A stretch of 62,209 nucleotides of DNA, counting the filler, from Kipferlia bialata (lineage: Eukaryota): assembly GCA_003568945.1 (NCBI GenBank). It is 4 parts of 4 records of this genome, joined end to end, with 100 filler letters (N's around TTAATTAATTAA, not from the genome) between each part and the next. Parts side by side here need not be neighbours in the genome. Positions count along the whole stretch, not along the records: positions 1 to 17,798 come from BDIP01000506.1; 3 more parts are not named here. One strand, 5' to 3'. Numbering within the stretch: position 1 is the stretch's first letter; each line of letters opens with the position of its first letter. Both the position numbers and the translations under genes were made by a program. A model generated the notes under the pieces. It was not told where the DNA came from and made no database searches. It saw only the letters and a program-made list of their open reading frames with translations. This document shows positions 1-13,500 of the stretch, piece after piece.

Positions 1-34
1 GACAAGGGGCTTTGCATCTCACAACATCCTGCCT

Positions 35-451
35 ATGGGTGATGGTGCCCCCTACGTAGTAGAGGAACCAGCAAGGTTCCTAGAGAATGACTACACAACT
101 GAGAGTGTGGCTACAATGCACACAAACGCCAACTATGGGAACAAGGTGACGCTGGTGGTCCCAGGCCATGACGGCGAGTGGACGCTAACAGCGACAGAGA
201 GGATGTTTGTCAAGGTGACTGGGGATAAGGGCATCTTGCAGAACATGCTGCTAGGGTGCCTAGGCCGTGGTCAGTCGGGCACCATCAGAGTGACACGCAA
301 GGGTGATAGGATAGAGTTGAAGGGGCACAAGAACCCTAACACGAGGGAGATACACTGTGTGAGGGGGAGAGAGGCACGTGTTCAGTTCGATGTGCATGTT
401 GATGACCACAGGGGAAAGACTCTCACTCTGGCACCTGTGGAGACTGTGTAA
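35..451 (+). CDS. Intronless ORF, hypothetical protein (may extend 5' beyond the window)
   Basis: 138-codon ORF with ordinary composition and no microsatellite. The frame is open back to the window start. No family recognised. Confidence 0.5.
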   Translation: MGDGAPYVVEEPARFLENDYTTESVATMHTNANYGNKVTLVVPGHDGEWTLTATERMFVKVTGDKGILQNMLLGCLGRGQSGTIRVTRKGDRIELKGHKNPNTREIHCVRGREARVQFDVHVDDHRGKTLTLAPVETV

Positions 452-816
452 TGGGATTCTCTCCTTAATGGCTGTGTAACACAGTCACTTTGATTAATTG
501 ATTGATTGATTGATTGGAATAATAGAAACCAAACATGGCAATTGACCGTTGTTAGTATGCACTTCTGACTTTGTGACATCTTGATCTATCCAACTCTCTG
601 TCAGACTGATATTACGTCCTTCTCCTATTATAAATATATATGTATACATATCACACTGATATGAAGTCCACCTCCTGGTGCACCCCAAACATGGCGAGTG
701 ACAAAGCATGGCAAGTGACAAAGCCTGACAAATGCATATACATTCCTAACTCTAGGACAAGTCATTGAAGCTCTATCCAACAAAACCATGCTGAAATGAG
801 GTCATTCCTCTATGCA

Positions 817-3420
817 TTAGACAGATATGAAGTCCACGTCCTGGTGCACCCCAAACATGGCAAGGTCCACACGCACACTGTTCTTCTTCCTCTCTCCCTC
901 CCCCTCTCCCTCCCTACCTCCCTTGGCACCCTTGGATAGCATACTCTCTAGCCCCTCTAGTCCCTCAAGTCCCTCTATACCAGATGCTCCTCCCTTATCT
1001 GTAACCTCCCCCTTCTTCCCCATCTCGGCATCAAGAAGGGCGCCCATGTCATACCTGTAATGTATGGCAAGAGAAGAATAGTATAAATTCCATGTATGTG
1101 TATGTAGTTAGACAGAGGTAAAATTATTATAGAGATGCCTCAGGGAAAGAGAGCAACATTAGACTGTGACTTACCCTAGCGCCGCAAGAGGATTGTTAGA
1201 TGCACTGATCACACTCTCTTTCGGTGGCTTGCTTGTCACTCTCCGAGCAGGTATCTCTAGGTCAGTCATCCCAAGCTGTCTAGCAGCCATAGGTGTCACA
1301 CCTGGTCTCTCTCTCTCCCTCTCTGGGGCTACACTCTCCTTGGCCTCCCCCAAGACACCCTCGGCCAAATCGAGAAGCTTCTCATAGACCTTGTTGTAAT
1401 CAGTGGTCTTACTGTTGTATGCCTGTTCCAGCACCAGACAGCAGTCCTTGATGAGCCCTGTTCCCTGAGTACAGAGGGTGGAGTAGTCTCTTACTTTGTC
1501 ATCTCCCTCTGGTACCAGTCTCATCTTTGCAGCTATCACTGCCTCTCTCTCTACCCCTCTCTCCCAAGGTAGGCAGCCTAGAGCGTCACAGATGGTGAAC
1601 AACAGGGACTCAAGATCATCCAGCTGAGATTAGACACGAGTCTGACTGCAATTGAAGTATTAGGCGATACTAGAGGTAACTACTATACATAAGTACTCGT
1701 ACCTCTGTCCTTGGGTGGTTCAGGTGTGCTGCTATGGGTGCGTGTCGTCTAGTGCCACAGAAGGCATGGTTGGTACCATCTGCTGTATCACGCCTCTGGG
1801 ACTGGGTCGTAGTGGCTAGACCAAAGTCAACTGGAGGGTGAGAAGTGGGCCAAAGAGGAGACCAAAACATCTCCCAGTTGCAAATGACCAGCAAAAGATA
1901 CCTAGTGTGACGGATGAGGTGGACCACTTGCTGTAGAGTATGTTGCGGGGGTTGATATCTCGGTGGAGGAACCCCAGGGAGTGGATGTGGCTCAGGGCCC
2001 TGAGAGTCAGAGTATAAGTATATAAATAGTATATGAATATACCTATATGTATATACATATAGAGTAGGAGTACTACTATATATGTATTTAGTAATGAAAT
2101 TACCATCAGGGAGTGGATGTGTCTGAGGGTCCTTGGGGTTAGTGTCTGATTTTACTATCAACCAAAAGACCAAAGACCAAAAGATTATACTGTATTGTGC
2201 ACCTTGTGACGTCTGCACAGCTAATCACTATATATATAGTATATATAGTATCAGTATCAGTCTCATGATGGTATATATATATATATACCATACCTTGTGA
2301 CGTCTCTCAGCACCACAGCTGCCGTCTTAGTGCTGATGGTACAGTCCACTCTCCTACAGTAAGGAGAATTCATATATATAAGAACACATGATGTAGTGTA
2401 GTGTATAATGGAGATGGGTAAACGTACATATGTATCTATATACTCTTTGAGTGAGTACACCAACAAATGTATCATAGATAACACAAATACATATACGATA
2501 GAGAAATAGTGGAGATACCCACATGTGTAGGAGTATAATAATGGACACACACATACACCAGAGAGAGAGAGAGAGAGAGAGACATACCTCGTGTCAAATA
2601 TGGGGTCTCCACAGAGTGGGAGCACAACATAGCCCCAGTCCTGGGGGTCAGACATAATATGAACAAAGATGCATAGAGTTATGTTGATTAACATATGTGT
2701 ATAAATACCACATAGCCCCAGTCGTGGGGGTGATGGTATATATATGGAGAGAAAATGTGAGAGGGCGGAAAGATATCTGTCCCTGAGGCACGACCCTACA
2801 TATTTGACATTGAATACATATACATGTATAGTATATAGAATAGAGTACTTGCAGTATATTTATGGATACTATACATACCTGTCTGTCCCTCAGACATGAC
2901 CCGAGCACCCTAGGTATGTGTGTGCACCCATCCCCTAGTGCCTCAAGGGTCAGAAGGACACCAACCTCAGTCCTGAGAGCTTTCAAACCTAGTAGTCAGA
3001 TAATTACGCATACGTACGTAGAAACACAAATACTGAGGGCTTTCAGACCTAGGGAGAAGTGAGCAGTATATGTATATATATAGTACTCATACTTTCTAAA
3101 TACATATTGATATTTATATACCTGTCCCCTCCACCACCTTGAGTGCCACTCTGTGCCCTTCCTCTCTCTCTCTCTCTGCATCAGAGGCGAGGAACACAGT
3201 GCCAAAGCCACCTAGGGGTGAGAGGACATATATAGTACATGTAGAATAGTGGTGAGAAGTGGGTAAATATAGAATGTACAATTATATAGGTATCCGCACT
3301 CAGAAACATGAAGTAACGGGGGGAGAAAATATATTATATTAAAGATAAGTGGAAGAGAGAGATATGCCAATGCTAAGTGGATCAGTGCTGAGGAAATAAT
3401 ACTCATTAGGAAGAGGTGAA

Positions 3421-3461
<41 letters not shown>

Positions 3462-3858
3462 GGGGGGGGGAGGGGGTGATGGGAAAGAAACCGTGCCAGG
3501 GAAACCACACATAGATTTCGATACATACCTTGAGTACGAGGATGGCGACAAGGGCACCTATGAGAAGGAGAACCCTGAGTGTGAGAAGTATAGTATGAGG
3601 GAGGGAGAGAGAATGAGAGAGAGAGAGATTAATTAATAGAGGGGAGAGAGATGGAGATGAGGGAGGATGTATTTCGTGTGAGATGAGAGGGAAAGACATG
3701 AAATGGAATTGAATGACTGCTTAGGGGAGAGAGAGAGAAGGAGGGAGAGGAAGAGAGGAAGAGAATAGAGAGGGAGAGAGAATATGGGGGAAGGGGGAGA
3801 GAGAGAGATGCGTACCATGTGCAGCAGCAACAGCAGGAGCATGTCTTGCACTTGACAT
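817..3858 (-). CDS. Ser/Thr protein kinase, casein kinase 1 / tau-tubulin kinase-like, multi-exon
   Basis: Spliced exons give GGFGTVF..VALKV (3123-3212), LRTEVGVL, HRDINPRN, LVDFGLA (intron splits V|DFG), FCGTRRHAPIAAH and LDDLESLLF..LPW. The GT..A...H and DDLES..LPW pattern without APE is typical of the CK1 group. Stop at 817. The 5' exons and start (3529-3858) are uncertain. Confidence 0.88.
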
Positions 3859-4504
3859 AGCTCTTGATGGACTTGGACTCCCTGGGGTTAAGTCAGAGTG
3901 GCGAAAAGGAAACACTACTAATTCTACATCTTCTCATATATTCCGTGTCATCTTCTATACCTGTTGTGCAGGGGACTCTCCGTGATCAGACTCACGGCCT
4001 GGTCGTCGGATACCATACCTGGACTGATTCAGAGAGAGGTAGCACTGCAGGGGTCACTGGTCAGAATCAGACAGTGTATGCTTTTGGCCGTTCGCCGTTT
4101 GGTGGAATCGCACCGCCGAGGCGCGAATGTCGCTCCGGTTGTTGCTTTCCTGCAATATCTCGCCTATATTGGTACTTGTGTATCACTGGAATACATCAAT
4201 TACTCTAATGACTTGGTACCGCCAAATGGCCGGGGAGCAAGAGTATATATCACAAGAAATGATGCTAACCAATAGGCTGACAGAATTTCAGGTCCTAGAT
4301 AACGACAGTCATTCAACTGATGAATCCTATTCATTTACATCTTCTCTATTAAATATTACACCGGTATGGCAATCCAGTGCCTTACACGCTGAGGGTTTCG
4401 ACCTCATCAAACCCATCTCTCTCTCTCTCTCTCTCTCTCTTATCAGTGTATTTACACACTAAGTGTCTCGACCTCGTCATCTGCGAATGCCAGCCTCTTG
4501 TACT

Positions 4505-4542
<38 letters not shown>

Positions 4543-7500
4543 TTACACACTGAGGGTCTCGACCTCGTCATCTGCGAATGCCAACTTCTTGTACTGCTGC
4601 TTGTAGGTATCCCCTCTGAGGTACAGATAGCCAATGACACCTAGGACAGCAAGAACAAGCACTGCTGTCGCGTAGTAGAACCAGGGTATCGTGTAGGCTG
4701 AGGTTAGGGAGGAATATACAACACTGCAAAGAGAAGTGTCAGTCTATTAATGCCTGGCATGTATGTGCCAATATCCACTTGAGTGCAGCAGATGCATGCA
4801 AAATATAACTATGTTTGTACCAATACAATATATATACATATCCATACCTATCTCCACAGACAGTGTTGTCTCTGGAGTGGTGGGGGACACCACAGATACA
4901 AACATAAGTATATATATAATCATATAGGTATAGACATATATATAGTTACATATATACATACTCATACCTATCTCCACTGTGAGTGTGGTCTCTGGAGTGG
5001 TGGGGGACACCACAGACACAACAAGGTCCCTGTCCCTGTGGGTGAGACGATATACAGAACTGATAGATATAGCACTCATTCCTTACAATACTAAACTATA
5101 TATTCTATCTTTGTGAGTGGGGGACACCACAGATACAATCAGATCCCTATCACTGACGTTAGTGTACATACATAACAGATAGTTATATGCATTGTTATAG
5201 AACTGGGGAGTTACCACAAACACAGTCATTCTGTCTGTGGGGTGAGAAAACACATACACATAACATATAGTGATGTCTCTCTCTACGAAAGACTAATACA
5301 TGATTTGTACATAAATAATTATTTATGACAGAGGCTTATGATAGTTCACGCACAGTATCCCCATGTGGTTCCCCACACTGACTGTGTACACTGGCTGGCA
5401 GGAGGCATCATCAGTATCATCGGGACAGGGGACCAGCTCGGCAAGATATCTGGTTGTCAGGGTACATAATCGGATTACTGATACATGTATATCCTTGTAT
5501 CTGACAAGAAAATAGATAGTATTGATTTATAGAAGTACTGATATACATATACATATGTATCTATATACCTAGCATCTGGCTGGTCTGCAAAGTGTACAGT
5601 TAGGGTGGCGGTGTCAGAGACCATGACAATGCCAAACTGGGGGTGAGTATAGCCAGCGATCTACACAGACCTTCAGGAGAGATGCTACACAGAGAAAAGG
5701 AATGCTAAAGCAGCGGATGAAAAACACATACAGGTACCCACTGTAAAGAACCATTCTATATGACGACGAGGTATAGCTGTTGGTACTGTGCACCTCATTT
5801 GTTGGTGGAAATGTGGAGGATGATTCCCCCAACACTTCTATATACATCTGTTTGTATGTATATATATATATATATATATAAATTACCATATCTATACCTG
5901 ATTGGTGGGTGTGAATGTGAAGCTGGCATCCCCCGACCCAGCCCTGACAGAGGTGGGGGCCATGTCTATAGACACAAGGGTGCCTAGAGAGATGTCTGGG
6001 ATAAGTATACATAATTGGTTACATACATATACATATATATGCCCTGACAGAGGTGGGGGACATGGATGTAGATGTCAATGTACCCAAGGATATGTCTGGT
6101 ATCCGAGTATATGGATATATTTATATATCTATATATATATACATATATACCCACATAGTGACATGGTGACTGAGAACATAGAACCTGCATATACACACAT
6201 ATCTAGACACAATTACATACCCACTGTTGCCATGACTGGGGACGGGTGTAGTTTCCGGATAGAGACTCGAGGCTGGGCCTACCGGTTAGTGATGACCGGT
6301 GGGGATACAATATATTGTATATCATAGTCATAAACACGCATGATGGTATTATAGGTTCTGTATCTACTGCATTCCTCTAGAACTGCCACCTCACACATAG
6401 AGACTGGCCCCATAAGTATTAAATACTACTGAGTATATATAGAAATACTTTTTTTAGAAATACTATTTATAGAAATACTATAAACATAAGGTACCTCTAG
6501 AACTGCAACCCCAGAACCCACTGTGGGATCCACATAGAGACATTGCCATATATGTACTATATACCATATATACTATATACAATGTGTACCTCTAAAACTG
6601 CCACCCCAGAAGCCAAGGTAGGGTCCACATAGAGACTGACTGCATATGTGGATGTCTCACCACTGAATGTGGCCGGGGTAGTAATGGCATCAGCCAGACC
6701 CCACCATCCGACAGTCACACGCATGTCCTGAAAGATTAGACGGTTCTAAAATGTATGTACATACTATCATCAAAGCAGCCACCCCTGTCACCATATACAT
6801 ATACATATACCACTAAATATAGCCATTTCCTGAGGATCAGTGTATTGCTCTGATTCACTCTCTGTCTCTCTCACACACAATTTACAGCAGTATCTTACTT
6901 ATATGTAGCTATAGGACATCAATACCTGAGGGATCAGTGTCTTGCACTTGTCGTATAGTCCCAGTGTCAGAGATGGCGTGTCTCCCACTGTGACTGCTCC
7001 ACTGTCCGATGTCTGTGACATGTAGACTGCATCGCTGAAGTACGTCACATCGAAGGTAAATACAGAGTCAGGATCGCTGAAGGTAAGCATTAAGAGCATT
7101 ATTGAGGCTTCACGTTGCACAGATAGTATACAATTACGATACGTACAAAGCGAATACAGAGTGTGGATCACTGTAAAAATTGCTTAGAAGAACTGCTACA
7201 GTGAAAACAGGATCTATACCCTGTCAGCTGGCACTGGACCATCATCATCTCTCTCTCCATGCATAACACAGCATATATGTATACCTCTCTACCGTTGCCT
7301 CCACCGTCAACTGGTACTGGGCCAGACTGCAGGAGTAGAGGTTGCCTGGAGGTGATTATCAGACCTAGACGTATTAACACACGTTATGGATAGAATTTAC
7401 ACACACATGATTATACACTAATTGAGAATATTGACCACAGCACATACCCACTGAGTACAGGAATACCGACCCATCATACTCTAAAAGTAATCGTGGTATA

Positions 7501-10500
7501 TATGAATATCCATACTATATGTCTAACACATACCCACTGAATATAGGAATGCCGATCCATCATAGTATATATACAATGGTATATATAGTGGTATATATTT
7601 TCATATTCATCAAGATATATACACCAGTAGTATAATATTCACATGCATATGTTTATGTACTAGGGTATATTGTGCATCACACATACCCACTGAGTACAGG
7701 AATGCCGACCCATCATAGTTTGTCTTGAGTGGGTATGTCTTGGAGGGATCAGACAGGTCACAGAGAGTGACAGTCCTGGGGTGAGAGATAGAACACCACA
7801 ATGTACTATAACAATAGTGATGTGGTGTATATGGGTCTTGGAAGGATCAGACATGTCAACCAGGGTGACAGTCCTAAGGTCAGAACCGATAGGTGTGTAT
7901 GTATATATATATATACGAACATACACACACCTATCGTCTGATATACTGGCCCCAAGGGTGTCGTACACCCCAAACTTGAGTGTGACGGCACTTCCATCTG
8001 CAAAGTAGGAGTCCCCGCCTAGTAGGACAGCCGAGTCAACAGCAGAATAGGCGAAAGGGATTGGCACAGATGCGCTGTATGTCAGAGACTGAACACGAAG
8101 TAATCATATGCAACAGAACAATTCGAACTCATAGAATGTATCTTGACACGATAGAATAGACGTACCCGCACGCCAAGAGGGAGCATATCCGAATGAGTTA
8201 GAATATAGTAGTTACAAATATGTGTATATACGCACCCCGACTCTGACAGGTAGAATGGGTCCACTGCCTCTGTCTTGGTGTAGACAGACAGGGTAGAGGA
8301 CATGGCCTGGCATGTGAGTATTATGGGTACAATGCCTATGTATACATATCACATGTTTAACTACACAGTAGACATAGAGGGTGGAGGTCATGACCAAGGG
8401 TAAGGAGACTCTATAATGTACAGTACATACAATGTAATGTAATATCAATATACTATCACTACACTTTCACTATATACCTCATCAGCTGCGTTCCCCATGT
8501 GTGTGAATGTAACCACATACACATCCCCCTCACTGTAGACGATGGAGTCAGGGGTGTAGACGTGCTTGCCAATGGCCCACTCGAAGATCAAGTTGGAGTC
8601 AACCTCCTAGGAGTAAGTACTACACGATTTACAATTCGCGTAACTCAACTATACATACCGTGAATATCAAGTTGGAGTCAACCTCCTGAGGGTAAGTCGA
8701 GACTACTATATATATATATATATATATGTAGAAAGAGACTATACATACCGTGACTATGGTGTTTCCGTCCTCATCCGTGTGGAGACTGACACTGAATGAC
8801 ACATATATAACATTGAGTCTCTGTACTGCTCTATACTACTATTTACTAGTAAGTAACACTCTTACCGTAGCAATTGTGTTTCCGTCCTCATCCGTGAAAC
8901 TGACACTGAATGTCACAGTGTCATCCTTACAATGGGCAGTGGGGGGATCGACAGACATCGAATGAACGACTAGAAGTGAGAAGTAGATAATGTAACTCAA
9001 TGGTTATACTAAAAATATTGTTGCAGTGTGTAGTGGGGGGATCGACATACATGGAGTGGACCACTGGGATTAGACTTGCAACAAAGAAGAAGCATTGAGT
9101 GGATAACTGATGTGAGTAAGAGATAAGCTTAGAACATGTATTATAGTACAAATTGGTAGTATGGATACACTATACTATTGTGCCAAGTGCACGACTGCTC
9201 GAATTAGATATACGTACAAAACTGAACTATACTGATCTGGTGTGGCTGGTCCCTAGTACACTGTGATGACTCATAAGACACAGATAATTCATACTATATA
9301 CTAATATTCATATATACTACACTAACTAACCTGGTGTGGCTGGTCCCGAGTAGACTGTGATGACTCCGTTGGGGGGAGAGGTCATGTCCTCATCCAGAGC
9401 ACCTGAGGTATGTATATGGACATTGCTTTATATATATACTATTGTCCTATGATATACACGCAGTGATGAATCCGTTGGGGGGAGAGGTCATATCCTCATC
9501 CAGAGGACCTGAGTATCAATACATACATAGATGTATATATATGAATACATATATACATATGTTCATATATAGATAAATACTATCTATGTATATAAATCCA
9601 TAGAGTACATGTCCTCATCCACAGCACCTGGGCATTAACATGAATGTATGGTATATATTTGACTATGTGAATCTATATATATATAAGAATACATATACAA
9701 ATATCATACTTTAACACTGTCCATGTCCTCATCCACAGCACCTGGGGTATGAGAAGATATATACATATATATGTGGGTGTATATAGTGAATAACGATTCG
9801 TTGATATACACATAGTACCAACCTATCATTTGCACCATCTCCCCTGTAAAGGCCGGAATACATCATGTAGTAATGAAGAACTATAATACAGTAGTACAAA
9901 CGATGACAGTAACGACCATATTGGACATATCTATATATATATCATATATATATATATCTACATATATATATATATATTGCTATATATTACTAATATTACC
10001 TATCATGTGCACCATCTCGCCTGTAAAGGCCACAGCCCCAGACAGCATGGCGTACTTGGAGTCCACTAGAGATTAGAAAGACATAGAGTCAATGAATGAA
10101 CATCTATATACTAATACATACATATATATACATAGAGAGATAGAGGCACTGCACCAGACAGCATGGCATACTTGGAGTCCACTGGATATTAGACAGCTAT
10201 ATGGTTATATACATACACCCTCACACATAGTCTAGTTCACGCGGTCTATATACCATACAAAATATTACTTCATATACCTTGGTATGTGGCTGATCTGACC
10301 AGGTCCAGAGATGACTCGGCAGGGTTCACAAGGTAAACATAGAGCTGTGGTTTAGATTTCTGACAAAGGTTATGGTAACAACACATGCATACCCATACAT
10401 ACTGACACTAGGTTAAGGTAGACATATATACATATTCATAGGAAGAATGAGAACCCACCTTGTTGTGCCCCATATCTGTAAATGTGAACACTCCATCCTT

Positions 10501-13500
10501 GACTGGGTAGACAGACCCCAGATAGGTGTCCTTATCCCCTACCCACTTGGTGACAAGGGTGTATGACGTATCGGACGTTCCTGACGCTCCAGACGTGTCT
10601 GAGTAAACGTACAGTGGCACTGAGCGTGATGTGGCGTCAATGGCTTCGTCCTTGATGATCAAGGTGGAGCCATCGATTGATACGTAGTCGCCAAACTCGG
10701 AGTAGCCTGTAGAGGGGGAGGAAATCTGATGGTGAGTCCACCACAAAGGATCGGAGAGGTGACTAAAAGAACGAGACTACATTCATTTGAGTAGAAAACA
10801 TGAGTGTTCTATAGATAACATACTGTCTCCACCAGCACCCACTGGCCATCGGTCTATAGTATAGTACAGTATACACAATAGCATATTAGTAATATAGTAT
10901 GGTATACACGGCATGTACAGATAACACACCGTCTGCACCGGCACCCACTGGTCATCGGTCTATGGTATAGTGTAGTATATGGTAGAACATATACTATATA
11001 GTATGTGGGATAGTATAGTATCTATATATCTAAATATATCAAGACTCACCGTCTGCACCAGCACCCACTGGCCATCGATCTATAGTATAGTGTAGTACAT
11101 GGTAGAACATACATTATAGTATGTAGTATCTATAGTATAGTATCTATATATCTAAATATATCAAGACCCACCGTCTGCACCAGCACCCACTGGCCATCGG
11201 TCTATGCCATAGTGAAGTAAATGGTAGAACAATATCTAACAGTATCTATCTAACTATCTATATCAAAAGCATTGACATACCGTCTGCACCAGCACCCACT
11301 GGCCATCGGTGTCACGCCTGTAGAGCTGCACCTGGGGTGTGAAGAACAATAGATACATGAGTACTTAGTATATATACAAACATACACATTCCATACCTCT
11401 GCGTCTGCCAGTGTGACTGAAAGTTCACATAGTGTTCACACATGAATCAATCTGTATAATATATATATATACCTCTGCGTCATTAATAACCCCAGCTGCG
11501 AGGGTCACTCCATCATAGGCCACTGCGGCAGATGAAATAACTTACCTAATATACCCTTACATATACATACATATATGTATATATATACATATATATCCAT
11601 ATGTACTACTAACCTCTGCGTCATTAATAACTCCAGCTGCCAGTGTGACTCCATCATAGGCCACTGCGGCAGAGGAGTAGTAGGGGCCCCATTCCACTGG
11701 TATGGTGTCAGTCTCCTAGGTATTAGCATATATACATGTATATGCACTCAAAGTGTAGTGTAGCACATGCCACAGCGGCAGAGGAATAGTAGGGACCCCA
11801 ATCTATAGGGATGGTGTCAGTCTCCTTCATGTGAGTACATGTATATATTGCTATCATATGCATATAGTAGATAGGCTGGGATGGGGTCTGTGTCCTGCAT
11901 GAGTATATAGAATCACTACTCTTCTCTTATTGCTTTTGTGGATATATATGTGTTCCGTTACCACAAAGACCTAAATGGTATATATATATATATATCTATG
12001 TATAGTGTTTACCTGCCACTGCCCGTTGTCTGTCGAGAACACCCTGACGCCTGACTTGGCAGCAATGACTAGGGTGCCTGGGGGGTAGAGTAATATGTAT
12101 ATGTATATTATTATATGTATATTATATACACTATANNNNNNAGAGTAATATGTATATGTATATTATTATATGTATATTATATACACTATATATATACATC
12201 ACCCTGACGCCTGACTTGGCAGCAATGACTAGGGTGCCTATGGGGTAAAGCAACATGTATATATGATTACAATACTAATAGTACTTCTTGACTTGGCAGC
12301 AATGACTAGGGTGCCTATGGGGTTAACTAGTAAATACATCCTATTACATTCAATACACTTCTTACTGGCAAGTGATTCCTGTGACCTATGCCTAAATATT
12401 GATAATTCCACAGAATAGACGAATAGTGCTGTATTTACATATGTAATGACAATACACTGTATACATACCTTGTGCTATCGACATGTCCGAGAGAGACTCT
12501 GTGGTACCCACTGTGGGGGCAAGGGACCCAATGGGGGACATAACTCCTGGACATCAGTAGATGTACTATCATACATATTATGTATACACATATACACTAT
12601 GTATACTATATATATCCACTGTGGGGGCAAGGGACCCAATGGGGGACATAGTTCCTGAGATTAAGACAAAGAGTATGTGAGATTGAATATAAATATTTGT
12701 GAAATACCAATATTCCATGTAAATTACTCTCAACACCACTCTAGGAGGAAGTACCACACCTTCCATATCATCCAACATACGCATCATGACCATGTAGTCG
12801 CAATAGTATATGACGATATATATATCTACACACACACATATATATGTATATATATGTACTCTCTATAGATGTTTATATATAATCCACACCTTCCTCATCG
12901 TCCACCACGAGCATCATGACCATGCAGTCGGCATCCATATATTTACATCCATATATATATCTACATATATGTATATACACTATATGTATCTTTACCTTCT
13001 ATATCATCCACCATCAACATCATGACCATGCAGTCGGCATATATATATATTTATATATATATATGTATCTTTACCTTCTATATCGTCCATGAGCATCATG
13101 ACCATGCAGTCGGCATCTATATATATACATCCATATACACATATGTGTATATATATACATATATATATGTACATATATATATACCTTCTATATCATCCAC
13201 CATGAGCATCATGACCATGCAGTCGGCATCTATATATATACATCCATATATACATATGTATATATATATACATGTACATATGCATATACCTTCCTTGTCA
13301 TCCACCATCAGCATCATGACCAGGCAGTCGCATTTATTGTATGGCTATATGTATATATATACACACACTATATCTATATATCTATATCTATATATATATA
13401 TGTATCTCCTACCTTCTATATCGTCCACCATGAGCATCATGACCATGCAGTCGGCATCCCCTGAGCCAATCCTAGGGTAAGATATGTATGTAGTATATAT

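Noticed and set aside
12086..12190. Exact ~50-bp direct repeat flanking six Ns
   Set aside because: Typical unmerged contig overlap, not counted as biological.
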